Below, one piece after another: positions 39,265 through 49,182 of a stretch of DNA of 64,000 nt. The translations under genes were made by a program, and so were the position numbers. The notes under the pieces are model-generated. The model ran no database searches. It worked only from the letters and a program-made list of their open reading frames with translations, and was not told the origin of the DNA. Origin of the DNA: Nitrospiraceae bacterium (GTDB taxonomy: Bacteria; Nitrospirota; Nitrospiria; Nitrospirales; Nitrospiraceae); assembly GCA_050246315.1 (NCBI GenBank), contig JBFWWG010000004.1:160001-224000 (forward strand), given 5' to 3'. Within the stretch, counting starts at the first letter, position 1. Each line of letters opens with the position of its first letter.

Positions 39265-39393
39265 ACTCCTCCTTTGTGGTAAACACTTGACGACACACTC
39301 CCTCCGCCCGTGCCGTTGAGCAGCTTTCCCTTATCCCGACAGGCCGCAACAAGGATCACGACAAAAAAGGACGTCGGGTATGAAAGGCGACGA

Positions 39394-39423
39394 ACTATAG
39401 CAACGCCTTCTCAACATTGTCAA
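39394..39423 (-). promoter_or_regulatory. sigma70 promoter of the cytochrome c gene
   Basis: TTGACA-N18-TATAGT on the minus strand. Confidence 0.7.
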
Positions 39424-39773
39424 CCCGCACAATGCGAAGATCGCCGCATTTGATGCGGTAGAGACCACTGCCTGCCATCGTGATCAGTTTCGCTTCCTGA
39501 TCCGACTTGATCGATCGCCTCAAGGATGGAGAGACATCAAGAGCCGTGCCGCGCACAAGAGATTCTCAGGTTGTCGGGTTCCAACGACTTGCACCTGGAT
39601 CCGGTCCAAGAAGGGATTCCGGAACGCGCCGTGTGGTGATATTGTGCCTCACCGCGGGACCGGACGCCTCATTCGTGAGTCAGCAACGGGGGGCGAAACG
39701 CAGACGGACTGGTCTCGTGAAGTTGGCAGGGCAGAGGGAGAGGCGAAGCGGAGAAGAGGACGACAGCCGGGCC

Positions 39774-40706
39774 TTAGCTTTCTCGTTTCAATACCACATC
39801 TCGGACGACCCGACCTGTCTGCCCGAAAGGCTTCTGCGGCTTGCCGTTCAGCGAGGCCTTGACGCCGCCGGCGTTGCCGAGCGTGAGGGCAAATTGATCC
39901 TGCGCTTTCCACCGTGCCCGTTCACCGGGACGGAGCAAGGCCTCGACGGGGCTACCGCCGTCGATTTGGACCACAACCCAACTAAGTTCGACGGCCTCCA
40001 AATCGAGCACGAGCGGTTCCGTGGCGCCCGGTCCCTCCACCGACAGTCCGGCCAAGGGTCCTTCTGATCGGGCCGTCACTTCCCCTGGAACCGACTCCGA
40101 TGCCATCGCAAGCGGCGGGACCGATGAATGGGAGGGTGCCGGCGCGGCAACCGGCGGCGTCTCGCTGACATCCGGCGGCGGACCGGACGCTCCCTTGGCG
40201 GACGGCTGTGCCTCCTCGACGGATCCTGGTGGGGCGGACTTTGTCTCCCTATTTGCAGACAACGGCCGGGCGCTGCCGCTCGTCCCGACGGTGAACTCCG
40301 CAGCGGTCCGTTTGATCAGTTGCCCGGATTGCTGTCGGGTCAGCAACACCACCAACGAGGCCACGGCAACCGCAATGGCGACACCGACCGCCTTGCGGCT
40401 CGCGCGGCGCCGTCGGTCCTCTTCCTCCTGCTTTAGCTTCAGCCGCTCGCGTTCGTTTTGCCGATCATAATAGGACCCCGCCGACTGAACGAACCGTTGC
40501 AGCGCATCCTCCTCGTCCAATCCCAACGAACGAGCGTATGATCGGACAAATCCTCGCGCGAACACCTGATCCGGAAGTCTGGCATAATTTCCCTCTTCGA
40601 TCGCACGCACGAAGTCGGCACGGATCCTCGTCTTGGAGGCCACTTCATCGACCGTCAAACCCTTGGTCTCCCGCACCTGTCGAAAGAAATCACCGATAGA
40701 ATCCAT
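39774..40706 (-). CDS. rodZ: Cytoskeleton protein RodZ
   Basis: HTH (IEEG....LP..VFARGFVRSYARSLGL), TM helix, C-terminal SWVVVQID...LGNAGGV. Confidence 0.9.
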   Translation of the reverse strand: MDSIGDFFRQVRETKGLTVDEVASKTRIRADFVRAIEEGNYARLPDQVFARGFVRSYARSLGLDEEDALQRFVQSAGSYYDRQNERERLKLKQEEEDRRRRASRKAVGVAIAVAVASLVVLLTRQQSGQLIKRTAAEFTVGTSGSARPLSANRETKSAPPGSVEEAQPSAKGASGPPPDVSETPPVAAPAPSHSSVPPLAMASESVPGEVTARSEGPLAGLSVEGPGATEPLVLDLEAVELSWVVVQIDGGSPVEALLRPGERARWKAQDQFALTLGNAGGVKASLNGKPQKPFGQTGRVVRDVVLKRES

Positions 40707-40720
40707 GCCGCCCCTTACCC

Positions 40721-41017
40721 TTGACAGACTGTTGGAACACTATGGTTAGACCCGCAAAATACGGGCCCGAGGGAGATTCGGTGTTGAGTCAAGAGTCGCT
40801 GTATGATGTCCAAAAAGATGAGGTGTCTCGCTCGCCCAACGCCCGTGCGCCGAGACGCACCCATCCACGGAAGCAGCCGCAGCAAGCACAGGCCCGAAGA
40901 GTATTCGTGGTCGCTGTTGCTCTTCCTCATGCCACAGGGCCTCATCATCGAGGGTCTGTGCGCCGCGATTACTCGCAAGGCGGATATCCGGCTGAGGAGC
41001 TGTTGCAACATGCTGCT
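40721..41017 (-). mobile_element. MITE-like element, degenerate copy C
   Basis: Imperfect inverted ends AGCAGCATGTTGCAACA ... TGTTCCAACAGTCTGTC resemble copies A and B; internal TTTTTGGACATC resembles TTTTGAACATCC of copy B. Confidence 0.5.
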
Positions 41018-41021
41018 CATA

Positions 41022-41705
41022 CTACTTCATTCGTTGGAGAAGTTGTTCCGCCGCCTGACCATACTCTCCGCCTTTATCCAGACTCGACACGCGCGTCAGC
41101 GCGTCCTTTGCTTTCTGTGCGTGCCCCATCTTGTAATAGGCCTGCCCAAGCTCGAGGTTGACCCTGGCAGGAGGAATGCTAGGTGGATTAACTTGCAGCG
41201 CATCCTCGAACGCGGCTGCCGCCGCCCTCATATCTCCTTCATGTGCCAACGCCCGTCCCAAATGAAACCGGGCCAGATCCGGCGTCGCATAGAGGGGGTT
41301 GGCCAGCGCCTGCCTGTAACTTCTGATGGCCTCGTCCCAGCGCCCCTGACTCGCCTGCACCTGCCCCAGATAGGTCAGAGCCTCTGAATGTTCCGGATCG
41401 ATCAGCAGCACCTGGCGAAACTCCGCCTCCGCCTCGGCAAACCGTCCCTGCTGGACATAGATGTGCCCCAGACCGTAATGGGCATCCTTGTTCTTGGGAT
41501 CGAGTTGGATGGCCTTCTGAAACGACACGAACGCCCGCTGGCGGTCAGTCGTCAGGTTCGCCAAGCCCTCCTGGTAATAGCCGGCTGATTTCTTGATCTG
41601 CTCCTCGGACGCGGCACAGCCGGTGAACAGCGACGAGACAATCAGACCCTGAAATACAGACCGCACAACCCACGATTTCATCATACAGGAAAGGCCGCCG
41701 CTCAT
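41022..41705 (-). CDS. TPR lipoprotein, PilF/PilW-like
   Basis: Lipobox LFTGC, TPRs, ALANPLYATP motif; upstream of rodZ, as pilF commonly is. Confidence 0.8.
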   Translation of the reverse strand: MSGGLSCMMKSWVVRSVFQGLIVSSLFTGCAASEEQIKKSAGYYQEGLANLTTDRQRAFVSFQKAIQLDPKNKDAHYGLGHIYVQQGRFAEAEAEFRQVLLIDPEHSEALTYLGQVQASQGRWDEAIRSYRQALANPLYATPDLARFHLGRALAHEGDMRAAAAAFEDALQVNPPSIPPARVNLELGQAYYKMGHAQKAKDALTRVSSLDKGGEYGQAAEQLLQRMK

Positions 41706-42619
41706 GTGGGGAGGTCCTCGAAATGGGTGAGCCGCTTGAATTCTTTGAAGCGTGCTTCAATCTCTTTGTAATCCAGGACTCGCAAACGGTCAAGGCTAAA
41801 GGCCTCTACTGTAAACGAGGCCATGACGCTCCCGAAGATCGTGGCCTGGCGAAACGCTTGGGGCGACCGATTTCCGGTGGCGGCCAGGTACCCGAGAAAT
41901 CCCCCAGCGAAGGTGTCGCCCGCTCCTGTCGGGTCGAGCACCTGCTCCAGCGGATAAGCCGGCGCGCCGAAGTACCCGCGTCCATCGAACATCAGTACGC
42001 CGTATTCGCCCCGTTTGATCACAAGATGTTTCGGTCCTCGACTCAGGATCTTCTTCGCGACCTGGACCAGATTCGGATGCTCACCCAACGCCCGTGCCTC
42101 CCCGTCGTTGACGATCAAGACATCGATCTGCTCCAAGACCTTCCACAGGGCTTCACGTTTCCCGTTGATCCAGAAATTCATGGTGTCGCACGCCACCAGG
42201 GCCGGTCGCGTCACCTGCGACAGCACCTCGAGCTGCAGTTCGGGATCGATATTCCCGAGAAACAGCACCTCCGGCGTCCGATACTGGGTCGGAATCTTGG
42301 GTCGAAAGCTTTCAAACACGTTCAGCTTGGTATCGAGCGTCTGCGCCTCGTTGAGTTGATGACTGTATTGGCCCCGCCAGCGAAACGTCTGGCCGGGCCG
42401 ACGCTCCAGCCCGGCCAGATCGATCTGCCGGCTTTTCAGAAACGCCAGATGTTTCTCCGGAAAATCCTCCCCGACGACGGCGATCAAATCCACACTCGTG
42501 AAGTAGCTGGCCGACGTAGAAAAGTACGTGGCCGATCCGCCCAACACATCGCTCGCTTCACCGAAGGGCGTGGCCACGGTATCCAGCGCGACCGATCCCA
42601 CCACCAGCAGTTTCCCCAT
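41702..42619 (-). CDS. PfkB-family sugar/nucleoside kinase
   Basis: VGSVALD, GGSATY, DPTGAGDTFAGG. Confidence 0.92.
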   Translation of the reverse strand: MGKLLVVGSVALDTVATPFGEASDVLGGSATYFSTSASYFTSVDLIAVVGEDFPEKHLAFLKSRQIDLAGLERRPGQTFRWRGQYSHQLNEAQTLDTKLNVFESFRPKIPTQYRTPEVLFLGNIDPELQLEVLSQVTRPALVACDTMNFWINGKREALWKVLEQIDVLIVNDGEARALGEHPNLVQVAKKILSRGPKHLVIKRGEYGVLMFDGRGYFGAPAYPLEQVLDPTGAGDTFAGGFLGYLAATGNRSPQAFRQATIFGSVMASFTVEAFSLDRLRVLDYKEIEARFKEFKRLTHFEDLPT

Positions 42620-42622
42620 GCC

Positions 42623-43528
42623 TCAGCTCCGTCCTTTCTTCGCTTCGAGATAGCGGCCGATCAGCAGATGCAGCCGCTTGCGTGCCGCGGCCGGAATCGC
42701 CTCCGGCGCGGTAATGACGGCGCCCTTCAGCGCCTGTTGGCACCCGCAGCTCACCTGTCCCTCCATTTTCCCGATCAGGTCCCGCAGCAACCGTTTCGCG
42801 AGCATGACATTTTGTCGGAGCACGGCAAGAATGGCCTCGACCTGTACTGCCTCCTCCGTCTCGTGCCAGCAATCGTAGTCCGTCACCAGAGCGATCGTGG
42901 CATAGCACAGTTCCGCTTCCCTGGCCAACTTGGCCTCCGGCATGTTGGTCATGCCGATGACGCTGACATTCCAACTGCGATACAAATGCGATTCCGCCTT
43001 GGTTGAGAACTGCGGGCCCTCGATACACAGATACGACCCGCCGCGGTGCACCACGGCTCCCGTCGAACGAGCAGCCTGTTCCACAATCTGTCCCAGCCGG
43101 CCGCAAACCGGCTCCGCCAACCCCACGTGGGCCACGACGCCCGCATCGAAAAACGTGGACACCCGTCGCTTGGTCCAATCCACAAACTGATCGGGCAGCA
43201 CGACGTGACCCGGCCGGATTTGCTCGCGCATGCTTCCGACGGCGCTGACGGAGAGAACTTGGGAAATGCCAATCGCCTTCAGCGCGTAGATATTCGCGCG
43301 GTAATTGATGGTGCTGGGACTGAATCGATGACCTTGCCCATGCCTGGCCAGAAATGCAACCCGGTGGCGGTCAAGCTGCCCGATGACCAGAGGCCCCGAC
43401 GGATCGCCGAACGGTGTCTTGAGCCGAATCTCCCGGACCCGTGTGAGCCCCTCCATCTCATAGAGCCCGCTGCCACCGATGATCCCAATGTCGGCGCGAG
43501 CCCGGCCTGTTCCGCTGCGCCGTCTCAT
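42623..43528 (-). CDS. mtnP: S-methyl-5'-thioadenosine phosphorylase
   Basis: IGIIGGSG, RHG..H, EGPQFSTKAES, GMTNMPEA, VTDYDCW; ATGA overlap with miaA. Confidence 0.93.
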   Translation of the reverse strand: MRRRSGTGRARADIGIIGGSGLYEMEGLTRVREIRLKTPFGDPSGPLVIGQLDRHRVAFLARHGQGHRFSPSTINYRANIYALKAIGISQVLSVSAVGSMREQIRPGHVVLPDQFVDWTKRRVSTFFDAGVVAHVGLAEPVCGRLGQIVEQAARSTGAVVHRGGSYLCIEGPQFSTKAESHLYRSWNVSVIGMTNMPEAKLAREAELCYATIALVTDYDCWHETEEAVQVEAILAVLRQNVMLAKRLLRDLIGKMEGQVSCGCQQALKGAVITAPEAIPAAARKRLHLLIGRYLEAKKGRS

Positions 43529-44592
43529 TGCATTTCCGCTCCGACATACGTGAGACCCGTTTCCGATCGAGCCGTCCCGCCGTTCGCGGCGAGTTGAGCA
43601 AGAAAGTCCTGGGTCAGGACAAATACCCGAGCGGCCACCTGTTCCATCGTTTCCTGCGATGCAATTGTCACCCAGTGAATGCCCGGCTCCGAGCGAAACC
43701 ATGTGAGCTGGCGCTTTGCGAACCGGCGGGTGTCCCGCTTCACCAGGCGCACCGCCTCCTCATAACCGTAGTCGCCCAAGAGGTACCCGACCATCTGTTT
43801 GTACCCGACGCTCCTCATGGCGCTCAGGTGGGGACCATATCCTCGGTCGAGTAAACGCCGAGTCTCTTCACAGAGTCCCCTGGCCAACATGGCGTCGACC
43901 CGCTCCTCGATCCGATGGTACAATTCGCTTCTCTCCCGAACCAGTCCGACTATCAATGCGGCATAGGGCGATTCGGCAAACCGGTGGGCGCCGTGGATGT
44001 CCGAAAGTGCCCGACCTGTCCGCTCGTACACTTCCAGCGCTCTGATGATTTTCACGTGGTCGTTCGGATGCAGCCGCCGGGCGGACGGAGGGTCCACGAC
44101 CGCCAACTTCCGGTACAAGAACTCGGTTCCCCGCGACAGCCCCTCCGCCTCCAACCTGGCCCGCATCGTCCAATCAGCCGGAGGTCCATCGCAGAGTCCG
44201 CGTAACAGCCCTCTGATGTACAGCCCCGCCCCCCCCACAACCAAAGGTACCTTGCCTGCCTGATGCAATCGCGAGATCTCGCCAGTCGCATATTGCCGGT
44301 AGAAACCGACGTTGAATGGTTGGTCCGGATTAACAAGATCGATGAGCCGGTGAGGGACGGTCAACCGGTCCTCTGGGCTCGGCTTGTCGGTGCCGATGTC
44401 CATGCCTCGGTAGACCTGGCGGGAATCCGCCGCCAATACGGCCGTCCCCAAGGCCTGAGCCAAACACAGACCCACCGCGGACTTCCCGACGGCGGTCGGT
44501 CCCACCAATGCCACAACTGGCTTGAGCTGAGGAGATTGGGCTGCAGACCGCACGATATCCTCTTTCTCCAAGGACTGTACTCGAGTGCGCAT
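43525..44592 (-). CDS. miaA: tRNA dimethylallyltransferase
   Basis: GPTAVGKS, DSRQVYRGMDIGTDKP, RALEV, FAKRQLTWF. Confidence 0.97.
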   Translation of the reverse strand: MRTRVQSLEKEDIVRSAAQSPQLKPVVALVGPTAVGKSAVGLCLAQALGTAVLAADSRQVYRGMDIGTDKPSPEDRLTVPHRLIDLVNPDQPFNVGFYRQYATGEISRLHQAGKVPLVVGGAGLYIRGLLRGLCDGPPADWTMRARLEAEGLSRGTEFLYRKLAVVDPPSARRLHPNDHVKIIRALEVYERTGRALSDIHGAHRFAESPYAALIVGLVRERSELYHRIEERVDAMLARGLCEETRRLLDRGYGPHLSAMRSVGYKQMVGYLLGDYGYEEAVRLVKRDTRRFAKRQLTWFRSEPGIHWVTIASQETMEQVAARVFVLTQDFLAQLAANGGTARSETGLTYVGAEMQ

Positions 44593-44595
44593 GCG

Positions 44596-46422
44596 TCAGC
44601 TTCGGCCGAAAAGACGATTCAGATCATCGAACGGCAGCCGGAGCGCCACACGCCTGCCATGGGGACAGGTCATGACCATCCCCTCCTGCGCCCAGTCTCG
44701 GATCAGTTGGGCGATCTCGGGCAGCGCCATCGACCGTCCGGCGCGGACCGCTGTATGGCATGCCAGGGTCGCCACCATCGCCTGCATCCGCGCGTCGAAG
44801 GAGGACGTCGTCCCCCATTCCTCCAAGTCCTCCAGAATGCCCTGCACCACCCCGGCGACATCACCCATACGCAGGATCGCCGGTACCGCCCGGACCGCAA
44901 ACGATCGATCTCCGAACGGTTCGACATGGAATCCGCAGGATTCCAAAGGCTCCAGATACTGATGCAACAACCTGGCTTGCTGAGCCGTCGTCTCTACCGA
45001 CAACGGTGCGACCAAGGTTTGCGCCTGCACCGTGCGGTCCTGCCAGGCCCTCCACAAGCGCTGGAAGAGGACCCGTTCATGGGCGGTATGTTGATCGATA
45101 ACCTGGAGTTCAGTCCCGAGTTGAGCGACCAGGAAGGTCTGTCTGACCTGGCCGAAGGCCACGACATCCTGGCTTGGTCGAATGGCTGACTCGGTGCCTA
45201 CCACAGAGGAAACAAATGCTCCGGACGGCTCGGCCTCCATGGCGATGTTCCGCCCGGCTCTATCGCTCGTTTCAGCCGCAACCGACGCGGGAAATAATCC
45301 AAGAGTCTGTGCGGCAAATCCGGCCGTACTCTGGGCGACATAGCTCTGATCGGGAACCGGAATCGCGATGTCTGCTCCCGCATCAGCCGCTCGCGCGCCA
45401 TCGCCCTGATCTCCCAGCGCGGTCTTCACGGCCTGGCGTACCGTCTGGTGAATCACTTCCTGCTCGGCGAAACGGACTTCACGTTTGGTCGGATGGACGT
45501 TGACGTCGATACGGGCCGGGTCGACATCCACAAACAAGATGAACTGCACATGGCGTCCCTTCGCCAACTGCGCCCCGTAGGCATCGGCAATCGCGTGCAG
45601 GATGGTGGGATTCTTCACCGGCCGCCGGTTGACGAAAAGTTCCTGCGGACTTCGAGTCCCGCGAAGATGCAGGGCATCGACCGTGACCCCTTCAATGCGG
45701 ATTCCGGCACGTTCCCCTCGAACGACCAGTGTCTGATTCAGGAACTGGCCGCGATAGATCTGCACCATGCGGTCCCGCCTGGTCGGCACGGCTGCACAGT
45801 GCAACACCTCTTGCCCGTTGTGCGTCAGCCGAAAATGCACCTGCGGCCAGGCCAGACTGGCTTGTTGGACCACCTGCGTGATGTGCGAGACCTCAGTCGC
45901 CGTTGATCTGAGAAATTTCCTTCGCGCGGGGGTGTTGAAGAAAAGGTCGGTCACGTCCATCTGAGTGCCGGGGGCAGCGGCGGCATCCTCCACCGACGTT
46001 ACCGTGCCGCCGACCACTTCGACCTTGCTGCCGACGGCGTCGTCCCGGCGGATGGTCACGAGTCTGACCTTCGACACGGCGGCAATGCTGGGTACGGCTT
46101 CGCCTCGAAAACCCATCGTTCGGATGGACGCGAGATCTTGATCGGACCGCAGCTTGCTGGTGGCATGCCGCCGAAAGGCCAGCAGTGCATCCTCCCGCGT
46201 CATCCCCTCTCCATTGTCGGTCACACGAATTCGGCTCAGCCCGCCGTCGGCCACCTCAATGGTGATCATCGTGCTGCCCGCATCGAGACTATTGTCGATG
46301 AGTTCCTTGACGACGGCGGCCGGACGCTCGACGACCTCCCCCGCGGCGATGCGACCGACGACCTCGGCGGACAGAATCCGGATTTTCGCCTGAGGGCTGC
46401 TCGTGATCATATCCTGTGGCAC
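44596..46422 (-). CDS. mutL: DNA mismatch repair endonuclease MutL
   Basis: IAAGEVVERP, GFRGEA, DVNVHPTKREV, DQHTAHER, ACH, CPHGR. Confidence 0.97.
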   Translation of the reverse strand: MPQDMITSSPQAKIRILSAEVVGRIAAGEVVERPAAVVKELIDNSLDAGSTMITIEVADGGLSRIRVTDNGEGMTREDALLAFRRHATSKLRSDQDLASIRTMGFRGEAVPSIAAVSKVRLVTIRRDDAVGSKVEVVGGTVTSVEDAAAAPGTQMDVTDLFFNTPARRKFLRSTATEVSHITQVVQQASLAWPQVHFRLTHNGQEVLHCAAVPTRRDRMVQIYRGQFLNQTLVVRGERAGIRIEGVTVDALHLRGTRSPQELFVNRRPVKNPTILHAIADAYGAQLAKGRHVQFILFVDVDPARIDVNVHPTKREVRFAEQEVIHQTVRQAVKTALGDQGDGARAADAGADIAIPVPDQSYVAQSTAGFAAQTLGLFPASVAAETSDRAGRNIAMEAEPSGAFVSSVVGTESAIRPSQDVVAFGQVRQTFLVAQLGTELQVIDQHTAHERVLFQRLWRAWQDRTVQAQTLVAPLSVETTAQQARLLHQYLEPLESCGFHVEPFGDRSFAVRAVPAILRMGDVAGVVQGILEDLEEWGTTSSFDARMQAMVATLACHTAVRAGRSMALPEIAQLIRDWAQEGMVMTCPHGRRVALRLPFDDLNRLFGRS

Positions 46423-46476
46423 ATGGCCGTCTGGACAGGCGCGAGACGGCGGCGAGCGCGTTGCCGGGCAGGCGGA

Positions 46477-47277
46477 TTATCGCAGCTCGGCAAGCCGATT
46501 CTTGGCAAGCTTGGCTTCTTCGGAAACCGCAAAATCCTCGATGACGCGTTTCAAATACTTCTTGGCCTTCCCGGTATCGCCGGTTTCCGACGCGGACAGC
46601 CCGATCTTGTACAGCGCGGCTGGCACCTTCTCGCTGCCCGGATATTCGGTGACAACCTGCTCATAGGCCTGCATCGCCCGCACGTAATCCTTCAAGTTGT
46701 AGTAGGACTCCCCGAGCCAGTAGTATCCGTTGGGCACCAAGGACGCGGTCGGAAAATCCTTGACGAATTTTTGAAAGCCGATCACCGCCATATCGTAGCG
46801 CCCGTTGAGATAGTCATTATAGGCAAGATTGAACGCGGAGGTCGGTGAGAGACCCGGCACACCGGGCAACAGGGCGCCGCTCTCGGGAGCCGGGGACGGT
46901 TTCGCCGGCTTGCTGCTCCTGCTCATCTCCGTCGCGGGAGACGGCTCGACCTTCGAGGAAATGGATGGTGTCCCGGAGCCGGGCGATTCTTCGAACCTCG
47001 CCATCCGACCCTCCAGTTTGCCGAGGCGCGCAGCCAAGTCGTCCAGGCGTTGTCGCAGTGGATCGGCATCCTTCTCCTTGACGGCCTCCAGCGTTTGGAC
47101 TCGCCGTGTGAGACCCTCCAGACGTTTTTGCTCCTGGTCCTGCGTTTTCACCGCCGCCCGGAGTTCTTCCCGGACATCCACAAAATCCGAGTGCTTGGCG
47201 CAACCCGAGACGAGCACACCAATGGAGAGGATGATCAGCAGACCAGTCGCTCGGCATGATAATCCGGAAAGGCACAT
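46477..47277 (-). CDS. cpoB: Tol-Pal protein CpoB/YbgF, short paralog
   Basis: Lipobox VSGC, coiled coil, TPR with YYWLGESYY and YP.SEKVP.AL.K. Confidence 0.85.
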   Translation of the reverse strand: MCLSGLSCRATGLLIILSIGVLVSGCAKHSDFVDVREELRAAVKTQDQEQKRLEGLTRRVQTLEAVKEKDADPLRQRLDDLAARLGKLEGRMARFEESPGSGTPSISSKVEPSPATEMSRSSKPAKPSPAPESGALLPGVPGLSPTSAFNLAYNDYLNGRYDMAVIGFQKFVKDFPTASLVPNGYYWLGESYYNLKDYVRAMQAYEQVVTEYPGSEKVPAALYKIGLSASETGDTGKAKKYLKRVIEDFAVSEEAKLAKNRLAELR

Positions 47278-47284
47278 CTCGATG

Positions 47285-49099
47285 TCAATGCTCCTTTTTG
47301 AGTTGGGCGAGCTTTTCGGTGGCCTTGCCCGCTTCCTGGCTGTTGGGATAGCGCGACAGCAAGTGCTGGAACGCAGCCGTCGCCTTGGCGCGGTCCCGCA
47401 AGGCCAACTGCGCATAGCCCTTTTTCAAGATCGCGGAGGGAACCTTTTCGCTGTGGGGATAATCGCGTTCCACCCGTTCATAGGAGTCGATCGCCCGTCG
47501 GTAATCCTTCTGGCCGTAGTAGGATTCGCCAAGCCAGAAGCGGGCATTCGGCGACAAATCGGAATTCGGATAGTCCGACAGAAACGCCGTGAATCCTTCC
47601 TGTGCACCGGGGAGATCTCCCTCGCGCATGCGTCCCAGCAACTGTTCATATCGCTCCCTCGCAGGATCTCGCCCGGTCGGTCCGGAAAACATGGCTGGCT
47701 GCGGAGGCCGCTCGCTGGGCGGCGCCACCCGCGGGGCCGTAGTTTTCGCCTGAATCGAAACCTGATCGTTGCTATTCGACGAGGTCGCAGGATGGTTTAT
47801 CGGCGCCGGAGCAGAAATCGGGTGTGCTGTCCGATCCGCGAGTTGCTGCTCCACCCGCTTATTGAATTCCTGAACGGCCGTGAGGTATTTGGTGAGATCT
47901 TCCAGCCGCCGATCCTGCTCCTCCAACCGGGTGACGACCTTGGCGTATTCCGGCCCCTGCTGCTCCACCCGTTTGGTGAATTCCTGAACACCGGTCACGT
48001 ACCTGCCAAGCTCCTCCAGGCGCCGGTCCTGCTCCTCCAACCGGTTCGCGAACTTGTCCCCGGCAGATTCAAGGGCCTTTGCCACGGTGTTCACGCTCTT
48101 GTTCACCTCTTCAAGATGGTCGCTGGTGCTCTTGTTGACCTCATTGACGTGATGGCTCATCGACTTCATATCGGCATCGAGTTTGACCGACAGTCCATCG
48201 ACCCGCTTGGCTAGCACCGACGACTGCTGACTCACCGATCCGGAGAGATCGGTCGCGGCCTTGTCTTGACTGACGATCTTGTCGCCCAATCCGGTGAGAG
48301 CCAACTTGAAATCGCCCAGAGCCTGCTTGAGGTCCGCCACGTTCTTATCCTGCACCTCCAATTTCTGGTTCAGTCCGGCCGACTTGGCCTCGGCATGCTT
48401 GATGTCCCGCTGCTGCTCGTCGAGACGCTCGCTAATTTTTTCCAATCGCTCGCTGACCTTCTTGAACATATTCTCCGACGTCGCAACCCGGGCGGAGACT
48501 TCGTCTACACGGATCGACAATTTGGCCACCTGTGCGGTGGAATCGCCGGATAGTTTGCTCAGATCCTTGGTAACCGCTTCCTTGAAATCGCTTCGGAACC
48601 GTTCTTGATCGCTCCGCAACCGATCCTGCTCCGTCTTGATCTCGGTTCTAAACCGGTCTTGCTCCATCTTGAGTTCTTGCCGCGAGGTCGTCACCAGATT
48701 GGACTGTTCAGTTAGCTCCTTTCGCAGCTTGTTCGCAGCCTGGGACAGTTCGCTGCGGATGTCGTCCTGCGAGCGCCGCAGTTTGTCCTCTTCATGCGCC
48801 CGCTTCTCGACGTCGCCCCGGAGCGCCGCCAATTCCCGTTCGCGAATCTGGCTGATATCTTCGTTCAACCTCGCTCGGGTTTCCCGCACAATGCGGTCCA
48901 TCTCGGTTTTCATCTCGGCCTTGGATTCACTGATGAGCTTCTGCATTTCGGTCTTGCTGTCACGAATACTCTTCTGCAGCTCGAGTTTATTATTCTTGAC
49001 ATCGGCCTGCTGGGCGAGGCACCCGGCGAGGACAAGGCAGCTCAACCCGCCGGCCGCCGGCAGGCTCCATTTCCAGACCGCGTGCGCAATCAGACTCAT
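47285..49099 (-). CDS. cpoB: Tol-Pal protein CpoB/YbgF, long coiled-coil paralog
   Basis: Lipobox LAGC, ~400-aa coiled coil, C-terminal TPR (NARFWLGESYY, SEKVPSAILKKG). Confidence 0.8.
   Translation of the reverse strand: MSLIAHAVWKWSLPAAGGLSCLVLAGCLAQQADVKNNKLELQKSIRDSKTEMQKLISESKAEMKTEMDRIVRETRARLNEDISQIRERELAALRGDVEKRAHEEDKLRRSQDDIRSELSQAANKLRKELTEQSNLVTTSRQELKMEQDRFRTEIKTEQDRLRSDQERFRSDFKEAVTKDLSKLSGDSTAQVAKLSIRVDEVSARVATSENMFKKVSERLEKISERLDEQQRDIKHAEAKSAGLNQKLEVQDKNVADLKQALGDFKLALTGLGDKIVSQDKAATDLSGSVSQQSSVLAKRVDGLSVKLDADMKSMSHHVNEVNKSTSDHLEEVNKSVNTVAKALESAGDKFANRLEEQDRRLEELGRYVTGVQEFTKRVEQQGPEYAKVVTRLEEQDRRLEDLTKYLTAVQEFNKRVEQQLADRTAHPISAPAPINHPATSSNSNDQVSIQAKTTAPRVAPPSERPPQPAMFSGPTGRDPARERYEQLLGRMREGDLPGAQEGFTAFLSDYPNSDLSPNARFWLGESYYGQKDYRRAIDSYERVERDYPHSEKVPSAILKKGYAQLALRDRAKATAAFQHLLSRYPNSQEAGKATEKLAQLKKEH
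47844..48044. repeat. Intragenic direct duplication with a 114-bp period
   Basis: RLEEQDRRLEELGRYVTGVQEFTKRVEQQ and RLEEQDRRLEDLTKYLTAVQEFNKRVEQQ; DNA copies at 47844-47930 and 47958-48044. Confidence 0.85.
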
Positions 49100-49182
49100 G
49101 CGTCACCCCCTACACCTTCCGTACCGCTTGCGATGGGCTCGCTCCGGATCATCCAGGTGCGTTCCGACCCTGTCGGCAGGTG

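Noticed and set aside
39460..39773. ~310-bp gap downstream of rodZ as an ncRNA or gene
   Set aside because: I found no convincing ORF, RNA motif or match to the repeat family by eye, so it is left unassigned.
40715..41020. 101-aa ORF between the pilF-like gene and rodZ
   Set aside because: It coincides with a degenerate repeat-element copy and has no protein-like motifs.
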